A DNA stretch of 64,000 nt, taken from positions 16,724,998-16,788,997 of the forward strand of contig CM082578.2 in the NCBI GenBank assembly GCA_040954595.2. The letters run 5' to 3'. Made by a program: the position numbers and the translations under genes. The stretch is from Balanoglossus misakiensis. Lineage: Eukaryota; Animalia; Hemichordata. Below the pieces are notes generated by a model that had not been told where the DNA came from, ran no database searches, and saw only the letters and a list, made by a program, of their open reading frames with translations. Position 1 is the stretch's first letter. Each line of letters begins with the position of its first letter. Below, one piece after another: positions 25,962-40,800 of the stretch.

Positions 25962-28833
25962 AGACCAGAATCCCACATGGACTAGGGATATTTGTACATA
26001 GAGAGACTGAAATGCTATATGTAGTAGAAGGAGCAATTCCACTGCATATTAGGGTTCAATTTGATGCATTTAACCGCTTAAACCCGTGACAATCTGACAA
26101 TTCATCCCAGTGGCACAATAGTTAACTGTTGTCTTTTTACTGATCTTTGGAGTGTATATACTAACACAATATATATCAGTCCAATATCGCTTGGTTTCTT
26201 CCTAGTAAAACTCGCCGAATCGCACAGTATGATCACAACGTCACCCCTTGGTCCCTTGACAAATCCGTTATTTTTGGCCTTTACAGCTCAAGAATTTTTA
26301 AAATGATTAACGCAGTTTGTTTTATGTGAACAAAATACAAGTGCATTTGTACTGGCACTGCACGCCTTACATTTCTGGGATATATAACTCAGTTCATGCT
26401 GCATCTTTTGGACAGAGATCACTTTTTGCTGTCATCAATGGAGTATTGCGTACTCTAAACCACCTGTTGAATCCGGCGATTTTGCTACTGCAGTTCTGCA
26501 CATGATGTACGTTTCTTGTAGCAAGACCTAGCGCTATCAGTTTTCATAATGTATTAAGCTCACCTAAAGTACTTCCAGATCATAATAAATACAGTGTGTG
26601 AGTAGACATTCAGTCATCGATGATGTCATCGTTTTCCTGTGATGAGAAATACTGTAAAACACTTTATTTTCGCGAGTTGAAATTGTCGCGATATTTGAGA
26701 TTTCTTTTGAACAAGCATCAGGCAGACGGAACGGAATTTGTACGCAAGACACGTCTCATATAATGTGATGAAGTCGTGCATTTTGATTCAGTCTCTTCAA
26801 GCTCTCCACGCAGAGTGAAGTATAATGCTTTCAGCAATAAATTTTTCAATCAGATACTTATTTCAGTGGACGCTAACATGGTGTGTGTGTGTGTATTGGA
26901 TGTGATGCGAAAGACTCGTCATGGGAGTGCAAGTCATCGAATGGTGTTGAATTTTAAATAAGTCCAGTGTGAATGGTGACTGGAAGACTCGACCAGTCAT
27001 TCATATGGCCGACTACTTTTTGCATTACACCAAGAGCATCTCGGCCCATTTTTGTTCTGAAAAGGCACTCCAAAGACAAAAACTGTGCACGCAACTTAGT
27101 TATAAGAGTGTTATTTGCACAGTTTTGTATAACCACGGTGTCTGATCTACTCTTGGGTCACGCTCTCAGAATGACGTTTTACGACTATAGAATGTCCATT
27201 CAAGATCTGGAACACGAAACCCTCGCCAACAGACTTCCAGTTTCGTTTGCTTTCGCTGCAATGTACGCTTCGTAATTGGTGATAATCGTCTGGAGGACTG
27301 CTCAGTCACAGCAATTTAACTAACCACACAGACACTGTAAGCCTTGCAAACATGGTGAATCATCACTCCGATAGAAAGAATGTGCTTTACGTGACTGGCA
27401 TCAATAATCATCAATGCTGGCCACACTGTAGGTCCACTGAGATGAGCCAGTTCTGTATTTGCATGTTAGAAACGTTTGTCTTCTTCATTCGCACAATAGG
27501 CTTGTATGCGTGTTTTAATGCCCCTGTGGTGGTCGGTTACATACTCCTGGGTATTACTTTAGACAAAGCCAAGCATGTCTCGAGTATGTGTCGATGCCAA
27601 CACCTAGTCGTTTTATTTCAGATCATAAGGTGTATCACTTAGTATGAGTATTTGGGGAGCGGGGAAAGTATTCTGAAGGACTTAAAGTTCTCCTTCCCTG
27701 GAAGTAACAAAAGTTTTCATCATGTTTGGACAGCCTTGGACAAGTCCCATTCACGAACAAAAGTGCATGTGACATTCCAGCAATGGAATATCTTGTACAT
27801 CTTTAAGTACACATGCACAGGAATGTACCTGCCGACCAGATGGGCCACTGTTTAACAATGCTTTTGAAAAACCTTCACATATAACAGAGCAGTAAATGAT
27901 CTGAAGAAATGCCAAATCATTGGGATATGCATTTTTCATGCATTCACACACACACACACACACCGTACACACATACACAAAACATGACACAATCAAGGTG
28001 TAGTAAAGTAACAAAATAGTATGGCTTTTTATTTCAAGTACAAAAATGTCTTGCGAATTCTCATCTGATTATGCACAATTTCAAAGTATTCACATTTACA
28101 GTAGGAATGTTGGCAGTATAACAAAATATATAAATCAAACTGAAAGATGAAACATTTCTCTCAGATCGCCATTTACAATGGCAAACTCAGCACAAAACAG
28201 TTACATGTTCTATAATTGATGACTATTTGAGTAATACTAGCCATTTCTAATGTAAAATTATTTATGATATACATGAAATTTATACTACATATACATCATA
28301 CTCAAATGAAACAGAAATCAAATTTTGTTTTCGTAATATTCATCGATCAAGTCAACATGCTTAAGGCCCAGTAACAGACTCCAGCATCAGAATCATTACA
28401 ATCTCACTCACAGTCACCATTTCCATACCCCAATCACCCCCATTTCAATGAACATGGGTCTTTCCATGCCAATGGGGGACAGAGGGATCAAACCAGCATA
28501 ATTTCAATACCGAAAACTGGTCATTTCATCCAGAAATTTTAATCTTATGCCCACCAGCATTATGGGAACAGCACTCTGATGACTGATTACTCAGTTAATG
28601 CCCACAAGAACAGTAACAGCAGACAACATCAGTGATATATTGTGACATTACAAATCGCTCAAAAGATGTGGAATGATGACAGTTTTGGTTGGGTCATGTA
28701 TTGACATGAAAAAGAACAATCAGTTTGATGTATGATAGGACTGCCTTGTGATAGCACAACTCTATATCTGTGTGTATGATGGCGACTTTTACTGGATTCT
28801 GGCAAGATGGTTAGTATCCATATGTGTGGATTG

Positions 28834-31800
28834 TTATGGTACTCCTGTCCCTCCTGGTGCGCCACCACTCTGCACGTCATAGTAACCGTTGAAGTTCAGT
28901 CGCAAGATGAAGTCGTCCAGATGAGGCTGGTATCCACGAGTCACAAGCTTGGTCAAAACTGAAAGATAAACAATGCATTTCGCTGGTTATATGAGTTTGC
29001 TGGGAAGACATTCTTGATTATCCTCCCTGATTGGGGTTATGAAAATGTCTGCCAATATTGGCTCTGAGCTTAAGTCACCATCTCTCAAGTCAATAGATAC
29101 ATTGTCATCTATCATCTCTATAATCTATCCATTTGCAATGAAATAAGCCAATAAGACATACTGATAATGTAACCAGTTATACTGCCATCATTAATATAAG
29201 AATTCACTTTACGTCATATATATCCATCTAGACTTTATAACAGAAATGTTGATCAGCAGTGATAAAATATGCCAACACATGCACAAGCAGCAATGATGAA
29301 CAGATTTTAGAGAAATGTTTATCGCTCTGTGTCGGTCACATTTAGTGTATCCAGGGGATACATGTACCTTATGACACCTTATCGGTGAATTTCAGCGACT
29401 GATATTCACACAACTGAAGATTTTCTTATCACCGTCTTGAAGAATCTCATTTAACATCACTAGCAAATCTTCAGGTCACCGTATTCCAAATAGGCATCAA
29501 CTTCTTTGTGTAATCCCGCCTTGGCAACTCACGAGCAGATTACTATCAAATTTACAGCATGATTTGTGTTTGCCAACGCAGATTTCTGTCACTGCACCAG
29601 AGACCAGGACTCTAGGTGTGAGTCTTAATCCGGCACATTGCACGTAACTAATCTCAAATGACTCGTAAGAGTGATGTAATCTCATTGATGGAGTTTCATC
29701 ACTCAGTTTAGGAGATCACGGCCCACAACTCTGCTTCAGGATACACATCTTAATTTTGTGGCGGCCGATTTCAAAAGTGGAGTTTATAAATCAGATGACA
29801 GCGTTTCTCCTTGACTAACAAATCATCTTTAGTTGACACCCTACCTCCAACTGACTTTAGACTCACTATTACATGCATATGAACATCATGGTTAAATGTC
29901 CTGGTTACATCGTTGACAGAAATACTTGTTCATGTTCATATTTACTCCAACCATTGCCAACATGTGAAGTGAGGACTCATGGGATGTTTTCACTTGACAG
30001 AAGAATGCTGCACAGGGTAAATTGTTGTCAGCCGGGTGAAGGTTAAGTAAAGGTCACACAAGGTCAAGTAAAAGTCACTCAAGGTCACACAAAGGTCGGG
30101 CAATTGCCATTCACATCGTCCTACTGAAAAACATCATCAAACACAAGGGGAGATCTCAAATTTGAAGATCTGTCTCAAGAGTACAGGCCATCAAACTTAC
30201 ATCACAACTCCAATAGAGCAGACAATTCAAAGGCCTTCTGAGGGACCACTACTGTCTGTCAGACCTCTGCTGCTTTCAGCATGTGTATCATATAACACCA
30301 TTCATGCTTTCAGACTTTTATTGACTGGGGAATTTGCCATTGAATGTCAGACTCATTTTCAAGCTACCACATCTCAAAAACTCTACCGATGCTTTCAGAC
30401 CGGCCAGTGACTGGGAAATCCTGGAGAAAGTTCACTCGCTAATTTCAAAAGAGCGCGGCTGTCTCCGAGTTCTCTCAGATATTAAAGTCAAACCCAACAG
30501 ACCCACTCCGGTTAAATTACCCTAGGGCACATCTGTTAAAAGCAGACAAGTAGTATTACTGCAGAACTCACTGAAATGTTGAAACAGAACTCTGACTGAC
30601 GTAATAAGTGAAGACTCCAAGTCTCCATCTTTTGAAGCTGTCAAAGGCATTTAGTCTGAGTGGCTGCAGCACACAATTTAATCAGAAGCCGGCGAGTTTG
30701 AGAACAGAGTGTGTAGAGAGAGAGAGAGAGCAAGATTTCACAAACACCAGGCTGGTATGGCTTGTCCATTATAGGCTGCATCACAATGTGTGAAATTACA
30801 CATAATGCCATACATACACACATCCACACACACATATAGAGACACATCCACACACACCCACAGACCCACACATACATGTACCCACACCATACACATCAGG
30901 CCGCTCACCTTTGTAAAGAAATCCTGAGTAGTCCTTGAAAGCTCGGAAGGATTGCTTCATAGGTTCAAAGACTGGGTGAACAGCCTGCCTGCTCCTAGGA
31001 TCATAATGCCACTTGGAGGACACCAGCTGCGTTCGAAACTTGACAATCATGCACAGGATATTGGTGATTATATTGCTTACAACCTCAGCCTTCTTGTTTA
31101 GCAGAGACCTAAAAAAAGAACCACCGCACAAGTTCTCTTTTAGTGGCTGTCCATCGGCTTTGTGGGAAATAATTTGGATTTAACAGCTGTAGTTTAATGA
31201 GATCGGCGATGCTGCAAGAATCACAATTATGAGATAGCGTAAATTTAAAAGGCTGCATCTGGTCGTAAACACAGCCCTTAGCAAACGTTTTTGAGACCAT
31301 TTTTCTGACAGTCTTCTGATTTCTCTTTTAAGAGAAATCGTTTTTATGAGTGATAAAACCGATCAACTGAAAATTTGTCAGTACTGAACTCTTCAAAATC
31401 AAGTCAAGTGATTTTCAAAATAAAAAAAATTAATCCAGCTGACTTGGCAGTGCTGGAAATGAACCGCAAAAAGGAAATGAGATGGTTTAACGCACACTAA
31501 GCTGCAAAACCGCAAACTTGAATGCATTTTATCATGCGTAGCATATTGATGGCTGTGTATTCACTCGTGGAGAGAAGATCTAACATACAAAACCACAGGC
31601 CTCCATTAGGGCTCATGTGCTGTCCACGTGAAAGTGCAACAGAGACATTTTCCAGACGACTTGCCATTTTCTTAGAAAGTCGAGTAGGCAAATCCTGATG
31701 GATTTTGTTTCCATCATGCAGAAATAACAGCTGTTCATTGAGTCATGTAAAGAGACAGGCAAAACCAGGGCTCTGCTTCATCTTCCACACATTTGAAAGT

Positions 31801-34800
31801 CTAACACATTGTCGTCTGAGGAAGGTCAATACACTGCATGGTCACAGACTGGTGTATATTTGGGGAATTGCCAGCTTTCTCAGCCCAAACACATGAAGCT
31901 AAACTTGACCGAGGTCCCTTTCACGCCCATTTTTTGATAGTCTGAAAAACAACCACCACACAGCACAACACATTTGCACCAAATATTATTTTAAGCAGTT
32001 GTCCTACCTGAACACAGCTTTATTGAGATATTCTGCATGGCAACGATGAAGATCATCTAAATTATGAACCTAAAGAAAAACAACAAAAAGCAATGAGTAC
32101 TGAATTGTCTAGCTCAATGTCACAAAATCATGGCCATGGGTTGATCTCAAAACTCATCACCTTTCAATAGTGAAAATGGTAATCCAGTTTTGGTGTAATA
32201 AGTGATTCACACGACTTTACTCACATTCAGTTTGAGATTTTGTCGGAACTCTTCCCAGCTGACATGGACAACTTGGTTTGCCATGTAACCTTGCAGCACG
32301 TGTACAAAGTGCTGCATTTCATGCCTACAGTACAAGAAAACAAACTTGCACATTAACTGAACTCATCATAGGGAAAATGGTACATGTATAGATGTAGTCA
32401 TGTGTTTTTAAAAATGTTTGTTGAATGTCTTCCTAATGAAAAGAGTAAACAATTAAATATTTAGAAGCAATTGCCTCCTAATATGGGAATTGCTTTGGCA
32501 ATTTGGGACACAGACGTCAAGTATTGACTATGGACGTTGATAAAAACGTTGCAGGTTGACAGTGATACCAATCGCTTCTGCAAAAGGTCAGATCCATTAA
32601 ATGTCAGTGGCGGCCAGATAGCAACGACTGTGTGTGCGGTTATTGCAATGTCTTGAGAGAAGATGAAACAGACAGAGAGGGAGAGAGATAAGAGAGTAGG
32701 AGAAGATGAAACCACGGAGACCACGCTAACCTGAACAGCTGTAGCTGCCGGAATTGAGATGAGCTGCCGGCATGATTCACCAGCGCTGAAATAAAATGCA
32801 AAAAAAGAAAAACAAATCAAAATTACTACAAAATTAGAATATGTCAACGCAGCCCCTTAGTCATTCCTGAATACGGAAAAAGGACAGAGTGCCATGGCAT
32901 TTCAAGCATCTGGAGATGGTTTTTATCAATACATGTAAATCTAATTGGGAAATCAGGCAAGCTGGGGTAAAACGGTGCATGTGATTGAATGCCTGCTGGA
33001 GATGAAACGTAAATTTTTGACTAAATCAGGGTCTGCTTGTATCTCAATCACATGGGTCCTCAAACGCCCCAGAGGTGTGCAGGAAATCACCGTCGGTAAC
33101 ACGTGTCTCTTTTACTTCACTGATGCTCATATCGCATCATCCAAACCTCATGATGCACTCAGTTAAATGCCAGTGTTTGGAGGCGGCTGTCTGACCATGC
33201 AAGTATGAAATTGATTGAAATTCTGAATTTTTTATATCATTGGTTAGCCATACCACAATAGGTAAAACACATTCTTCAGACGCACAGCATCACAACTGGG
33301 AAAGTTTCACGACGCTGCATCACTCTGATTTCATGCGCTTATTAAACAGCGCAGTGCCTGAAACTGCGCCATTAGGCGACAATGGGAATCCAAATGAGCG
33401 CACTCACCACTTCTTTTCAGGTGGAAGTAAACGTCACGCAGAATCCAAGCTGCCCTTTTGATCTGTAGGATGAATGTGAATATCTTGTTGTATTTCATCA
33501 TGCTGCTCTCTGTGATGATAATGTTCACTGGCCAGTCAACCTGCGAGAAATTAACACAAAACTCCTCAAGTATAATCAAGTATCAGATAATCAGATAAGA
33601 TAGGTTACTGAGTTATTACTAGTTTTCATCTCTAAATGATTAATCTTGTTCTCGATGTATATAAGAAATATGACAGTTTTGTTTTTCAGAAATTACTCAC
33701 CTTGTATCTCAATTCCAAGCAATCCAGAGCATCAATAGCTGAAAATTTAAGAAATTCAAGAAGTATTTTACAAATACAATTAGCAATATGTTAACTGATT
33801 TAAATAAAATAACTGATCTATAGTGGAAAATAAGAATGGTGAAAAAAACCCTAAAAAACAGTTGAAGTCAGACACCACAGATGAATAAAACGATGGTGAC
33901 AATAATATAATGTATATCTATAGAGGGCACTCTTCAACATCCCAGAAAGCAGGCACATTTAGAACTTCAAGATCAAACCTGCTGTATATTAACTATCTTC
34001 AATTTTGTTCAGTTTTATTAAACACAGTGAGAATATAGTTATAATGAATTCTTTTCTTAGACAGTTTTACCGTTAGAATTCTTTCTTCCAATCAAGGTAC
34101 TCACAGTTTCTCTTGAAAATTGGGGGCATCCATTTCAGGGCAAAACTCAGGTTTTCTGCAAACTTCATCTCACCGTAGACAGCTGCTTGTAAAGCCTTTG
34201 CCAGGATGCTGTTCAGGGAAAGAGGTGACAGCAGCTCGCCTGGTCTGCATCCTTGTGAAAGCTGCAGACAGAGAGAAAGTATAGGTCACAATCATAATGA
34301 AATGGAGCCAAAACTGCTGATGAAAACTACTGATCCGGTCGACTCACCCTTTCAAAGAGCTGATGACACAACCTGTGACCAAATTCACCGTCCTCCAAGA
34401 ACAAGAAATGCCTCAGCGCTTCAAAGTGTTGATCAATGTTCAAATCCACCATGTAAAAGTCCAGGATGCTTGCATTGACGAGGGATATCCTAAGAAAGAA
34501 AGAAAGAAAGAAAGAAAGAGAGCGAGATAAAACATGAGTCTTGGCATGTTCCAGTACAGTATTCAGTGAAATGTCCCAACCAATCTCCTCACATCCATTG
34601 TATTTTTATTTGAAAAATAGCAGATGAGACTTACTGAGCTGAGAGGGAAGCAGTCACAGATCTTTTGAGAATGACCGGCAGACAATACAATTCAGATGCT
34701 TTGATGTCATCATCTTCGGCCAAAGCCAGACCGTAGTCACCTAATTCTGTTGACACTGGTGTTATTCCTGCATCTGATAACAAATCCATCGATGGCAAGT

Positions 34801-37800
34801 CGTCTTTGAGAGGCAAAAAAAAAAAATAGTCATTATCAACAGTGAATATTCAAGCATGTCAGATCAAGCGCTGTACAATCCATTGACTACACACTCTCTA
34901 TTAGTTACACACACAATGCTATAATGTCTTTTTTAGTACTGAATGTGACTTATTTTCCAAGTACTTACTGAGAACATCAAAGTTATCCCTCAATGGTTCA
35001 ACTTGATCACCAACCCAAATTTCATGATCATGCCTAATTGCAGCAGTAGTTTCTTCACCTATTCATCAAACCAAACCAAAACAACACAGATAAGCAACAT
35101 AAGACAAAATAGATATGGGGACATTTATGTACATGTAGGTATACACTTCTGTGCTAAGGGATGGGACGTCACAGTGGACAGAACTAGCACAGATGAATTA
35201 TTTGGGCTGATGAAATCATACATAAATAGTTGTGATGTTATGTCACAGCAAAATACTGATGATAAATCAAATAATGCTTACCTTTGTCTTCAGGCACACC
35301 TGGGTAAATCAATGACTTCAGCCTCAACCCTAACTCAAGCCTTTTGATTTGTGCCTTGCCGCCCCCAGCAGCTTTGGATCTGCCATATCCCGTAGATAGG
35401 GTTGGTCGACCGGCAGCTTTTTGTCTGCTGGGTTTGACAGCCGTGTCTTGGGTCTCTTGGTTGGGTGCGGGATACATCATCTGCTGTATGGAAGAGTCGG
35501 ACGGATGACCAATCAGCTGGGATTTCTCCTTGACAAACACCACTGAGCTGATCGCATCAGCTGCGTCAGCGCCGCGCTTGGTGCTTCTGCCAGGCGCGTG
35601 GCCGTCGCTGTAAACGACATCATGGAACTTCTCTGGTTCTTTATCCACCTCGTCTCCATCAGCAGGTGTCTCTCTCGATTCCTCTGCCAGCTTGGCTAAT
35701 TTCTCTGGTGACCTGAGAGGTAAACCCGGCAATCCAATCTGGTCTTCCTCGTCGTCACTCTCCCCGCCTGTCTGTCCCTTCTCGAGGTGTCGCAACAACT
35801 TCTTGGTTCTTTCGTACTCGGCCATCTGGGCGTGTCTGTCCGGGTACAGCACCGAGCCCAACACGGAGTCGCTGGCATGACCATGAATGTTCGGTTCAGA
35901 TTTGCTGACTGGGAAACGTTTCTTGGAGTAAATTGTATCGCCGAGCACAGAATCGCTAGCATGACCGTGAACGTTGTATCTGGGCCTGTGTGTATCAGTA
36001 TGGGCTACACCTGAACCAACGGTGAACTTGGAATCTGATGGATGTCCGTGAATGTTCTGAGTAGGCTTGGCGTTCTGATCAGTGTTGGAATAGCCTTCAC
36101 TCGTCAAAGCTGAATCACTTGGGTGGCCATGAATGTTTGCTCTTGCTCGCATCTCCTCTGTGCTGACAGACGAGTAAATAACATCTCCTGCCACGGCATC
36201 ACTCGAATGCCCATGTTTGCTAGCGATGGGTTTTCTGAAAGGTAGGCCATCTGGATGGTCTCCCCTGACAGACAGGGTCGAGTCAGATGGATGTCCGTGC
36301 AGACTGCGTGATGGCATGCCGTCGTCATCGACGACAGAGCCACTCTTCCCTGGATACAAGATGTCCCCAGCAACCGAAGATGAAGGGTGTCGTAGGAAAT
36401 CGTCTATTTGGGCTGTTCCTATATCAGCGTCTCCTGAGCCTTTGTCTCTTGACAAATCCTGTGTAGGTAGCGAAGAGCCAATCTGAATCAGGATGTCATC
36501 CAGGCCAGTGTCGGCAGACTTTTTGCTGGTTTCTTCAGCCTTCTTGTCCGTGTCCTGTTCTTTCGGTAGGAAATCAGTGATTGAGAGGTCAATCAAATTG
36601 AGAGGGGTCTCTGTCACTGTCTTCACTCCCAAACCTTTGACTGGTGGTGTCTGCCTCACCAAGGTCAGAGCATCTTCAATATTTTCATTGGCTTTACCAG
36701 TCTCCAACAGACTAATGTCTTCTAGAACAATCAGATTATCAGTAGACTTTTCACCAATGCCACTGTCTTTCAAAGTAGCACCATCCACAACCTCATTCTC
36801 GACACCTCTGCCCGCAGGGGTCTGCTCGCAGTTCTTTCCATCTTCGACCACATCCTGGGGTGTCTCTCCATCTGGCCCTGGCACAGAAATCTGAGTTTCA
36901 GTGCCCTGTGTTGCGTCTTCATCTGTTTTCGGTACAGAGCTCTGAGATTTAGAATCAACGGTGGTACCCGTTTCTGTGTTTCCCACAACACCTGTTGTTT
37001 TACCCACAGCACCATCATCATCCAGTTGCTGGGTAGTCTCATGTTCCTGATGCCCACTCTGTTTCTTAGGGGTGTCTGCTTCACTAGCACTGTCAGGCTT
37101 GTCGTGATGTCTCACTATAAACGCTGGTTGCCCTGGCAATATGGCTGTTGCAGCTCTTCCATTCACAACCTGGTTCCCCAACACTTCTCTCCCACCAACG
37201 ATGCCATCAGTTTCAGACTGCTCCCCAACTTGTATTCCGAGTGATTTCTCCAGAGCCTTTTTCTTCTCTTCCAGGGCAACTTTCAGATCAGCCTCTGTTT
37301 GTTGGAGGAATTTATACCTAGCGTTGTCTAGTTTTCTTCTTTTGATGTGCCACAGTGCACGTCTTTCACGTAGTGTTGCTTCTGCTGACAGCTGATCATA
37401 ATATTCAATCAGTTCCTCCCTGAAAACCAAATAAACAGATGCAAATGAGACGGTCAATGTTCATGTACAGAAGTTTCACATTAAGAAAACAGCATGGTTA
37501 AGTCATCCAAAATTCCAGTACTTATCAGACATTACTTCAGAATTACTAGTATTCCAAGAATATTTGGGTCAAGATGGTATACAAGACAAACTTAGAAGCA
37601 GAAGCCAAATCCTAATTGATTACCTTGCCTGTCTTTCCAATTCCCGTGAATGTGCCTTCTCTTCCTGTTCTCTGTCCAACAATTCTTCCACTCTCTTTTT
37701 ATCTTCGTCTTTTTCTTGTTGTTCTTCTGTAGCTCTCCTCTCCAGGTATTTTTCCATTTCTTCTTTTAATTCTTTGAAGTGTCGTCTCTTCTTGGCATCA

Positions 37801-40800
37801 GCCGCTATTTTCTCGTCCCTCATTTCATCTGCATTTTCAAAATGATAATGGTTACATCAGTCACACACTTGTATTCATGGAGTAGTTTCCCATTTTTTCC
37901 TTCGTGATTTGTATTCCATATTTATAATAGTTAATGGTATTGAGCATGTCATGTTCTGGTGATATAAATCGTGCCTCTGTATAAAGACTGCCACATGAAT
38001 TTCAAATGATCCCAGAAAATACATGCACTTACATGTACAGTTAATTGTTCAAGTAGATTCAAATCTGACTTGCATCAATTTTATGCTATAAGCAAAATAC
38101 TTACATTTCACTCTGACAAAGGAATGTGAATCAATGACTACATCAGAGGAATAAATTGACAGTTGATTCTGATGTTGGATCACGGGCGACTGGCATCACA
38201 TTTGAAATCTCCTTTAGTGACTCACAGGCTCATATTTGCAATGCATCATCAAAGACAAGTTTGTATTCTAACCTTTAATTCTTTGCAATGCACCAGCTGC
38301 AGTTCGTTTAGCAGTCACCAGTAGCTGCTGCTTGGCAAGGTCTTCTCTGATCGCCTGCAGAGTACAGATTGAAAGTTCATTGTGTGGAAAATTAAAGAGA
38401 AATTTAGACACACAAATAAATAAATTTAACATTTATCTTTCTTTACAAAGTACACTAGTACACCAGTAGTGGCATCTCCACAGAAACCTAACACAGTCCA
38501 TTCCTGAATAATGATGACAACTCCACAAGATTTCATCAACTTGAAGATTTACCTTCTCTTCCCTTGACATCGACTTGAGTCTAGAAATCTGGTTCATCAC
38601 TGTCACATAGACTCTTGTTCTCCGATGCACATGTTTGAGTTCATCCAAAGACAAAGTTATCAGCAGACGTGGAATTTGGACTTCAGAATTACACAGATGA
38701 TGCTATCAATATAAAACAGAAATTAATTGCTTTCTTTTTAAATACAATGCATAAACTATATGCATCCCATAATCTTTACAATGCATGTGACACAAGTAAA
38801 AACTCCAATACAGAAATATGGACAGTAAAAAGAATACCAAATACATGTAGCTCTTCACTCGTCTCCAAATTCTTAGTGGACTTACCTCTGGGAAGCAAAG
38901 CTTGAGTAGGTTGATAGACTTTCCAGTAATGAAGAGATCTTTGGCCAAGTCCCTGAGAAACATTGGCACACTTTCCGATGCATCTTCCACGGTCAACACA
39001 AAGCCATTAGTCCAGTAGTGTTTATCTGTAAACATAAGATATGATACATGTATGTCAAATTATAATTATGTGTCAAACATCAACTGAATGAACCACTTAC
39101 AGATATATTTTACAAGCTGAGATCTGATGCATCATTTGTTGCAACTTCAATGAGACAATGTAGTTGCCACATGTCTCTATATGCAATTGAGGTGTGTTCC
39201 AAGGTCTTAAGAGACTACCAAAATGTGTGAGACAGTATCCATCACAGTCTCTGTATCTCTGGAAAACAATTCACCATAAATAAAAATTGACTCCAATCAG
39301 TAAATCTTTACCTCTGAAGTGCAAATATTCATCATTGACTCGGATCATAAATTCTCTGTATATATCCCTGCAGGTCCCGTCAAACACCCAGTCTTGTATA
39401 AACCTATGTAACAAATGTGCAGATCCAAAATTATATTCATTTGTTTATGCATATGATCATTGTATCATGTTGTATGAAGAACCATGTCATTATCAGATTC
39501 TTGGCCTACTTACATGAGATATGGTCCACAGCTGACTCTGAGAAGTGACAACAGAACCATGTAGTTATCAGACTGACAACAATCCAACGCTTCCTGATAG
39601 ATGTATGACAGCAACTTGATTCCGGTCGGGAATGGATCTCCGGCATCTCCCGGTGCTGTTCCTCTCCGCTGATCGCACATGCACAGGTCATACAAATATC
39701 TGTGATGAAATAGAAATAGTTTTGTACTTTAATGAAAAACAGTGGTGTAATAATCTAACTAGAATCTGATATCGATGCAACCAAATCCAAATTTCAAATT
39801 GTCTACTTTCTCACCTTAGCTGGGAAGCCCACTTCTGATACAAATTGTGCAGCAGGAAGACTGTGATATCCTTGCCTGTGGGAGCAGACAGCACAGCCGA
39901 TTGGTAGAGGCGCAGATATTTCTGCAGCTCACCAGCGAACGCTTGGAATATGAGTCCAGCCGTGTAGAAAGATGATAGCGTGGGTGGTCTCGAAAAGACG
40001 TTTAGTGTCCAGTACTGAGTACCCATGGTGGCAAACTGTTGCAGGATGTGTTGAAGGCTCTCTGGGGATGTCCCCGACAGATATGTTCCAGGTTCTACAG
40101 CAAAATACTCTTGTTTCTGAGGAGAAAACATCAACAGAGAAACAACTTTTCTTTTACTCTGTATCTTTTTTTCATTTTATGAATATTGAGAAAGTTCAAG
40201 GTTGCCAAGTCTCTATATGTGCAAGTACAAAACGTACAAAACAGACATAACCCACCTTGTCAAAGTGAAATGTCTGTGATGACACACCAATCATCACATT
40301 CAGGACATCCTTGATCAAATCTCGTTGGCTGATTTGATTTAGAGGTTGCAAACTCAGCTTTGGTTCCATATGGGCTATTTCTTTGAGTCGCAGCTGGTAC
40401 AATGCATCAAAGACCTCAGTGCCAGCTTCTGTCAGGTAAGGGCGTTCCAACGGCTTGGCAGTTCTGAAAGATGATGGAGTGGCTGATTATAACGTATGTA
40501 TGTAAACTTCAGGGCTCATCTCAGATAATCCAAGACTTTCTGGGATTTTTCCTAGAATGTAGTTAACCATAGTATAAACAGTACTTCCAGACTTACTTCC
40601 CAATGGTTTCCCAGGTGTGATTTCTGTTAGGTTTGTAATGCAGTGCAGCTTGCCAGATATCATCTGTCTCTGTCACTTCAACAGGAGTTGATGAGCTGTA
40701 TGTACTCTCATGGAATCCTTCATCGTCTTCAGCATACTGTCAAGTACCACAACAGAAGTTACACATGTACAATTACCACACCATCAAAAGCGAAGAGTTC

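Noticed and set aside
35238-37457. 739-aa ORF as an independent gene
   Set aside because: It is the large internal exon of TUBGCP6 (acceptor 37420, donor 35281) plus intronic read-through.
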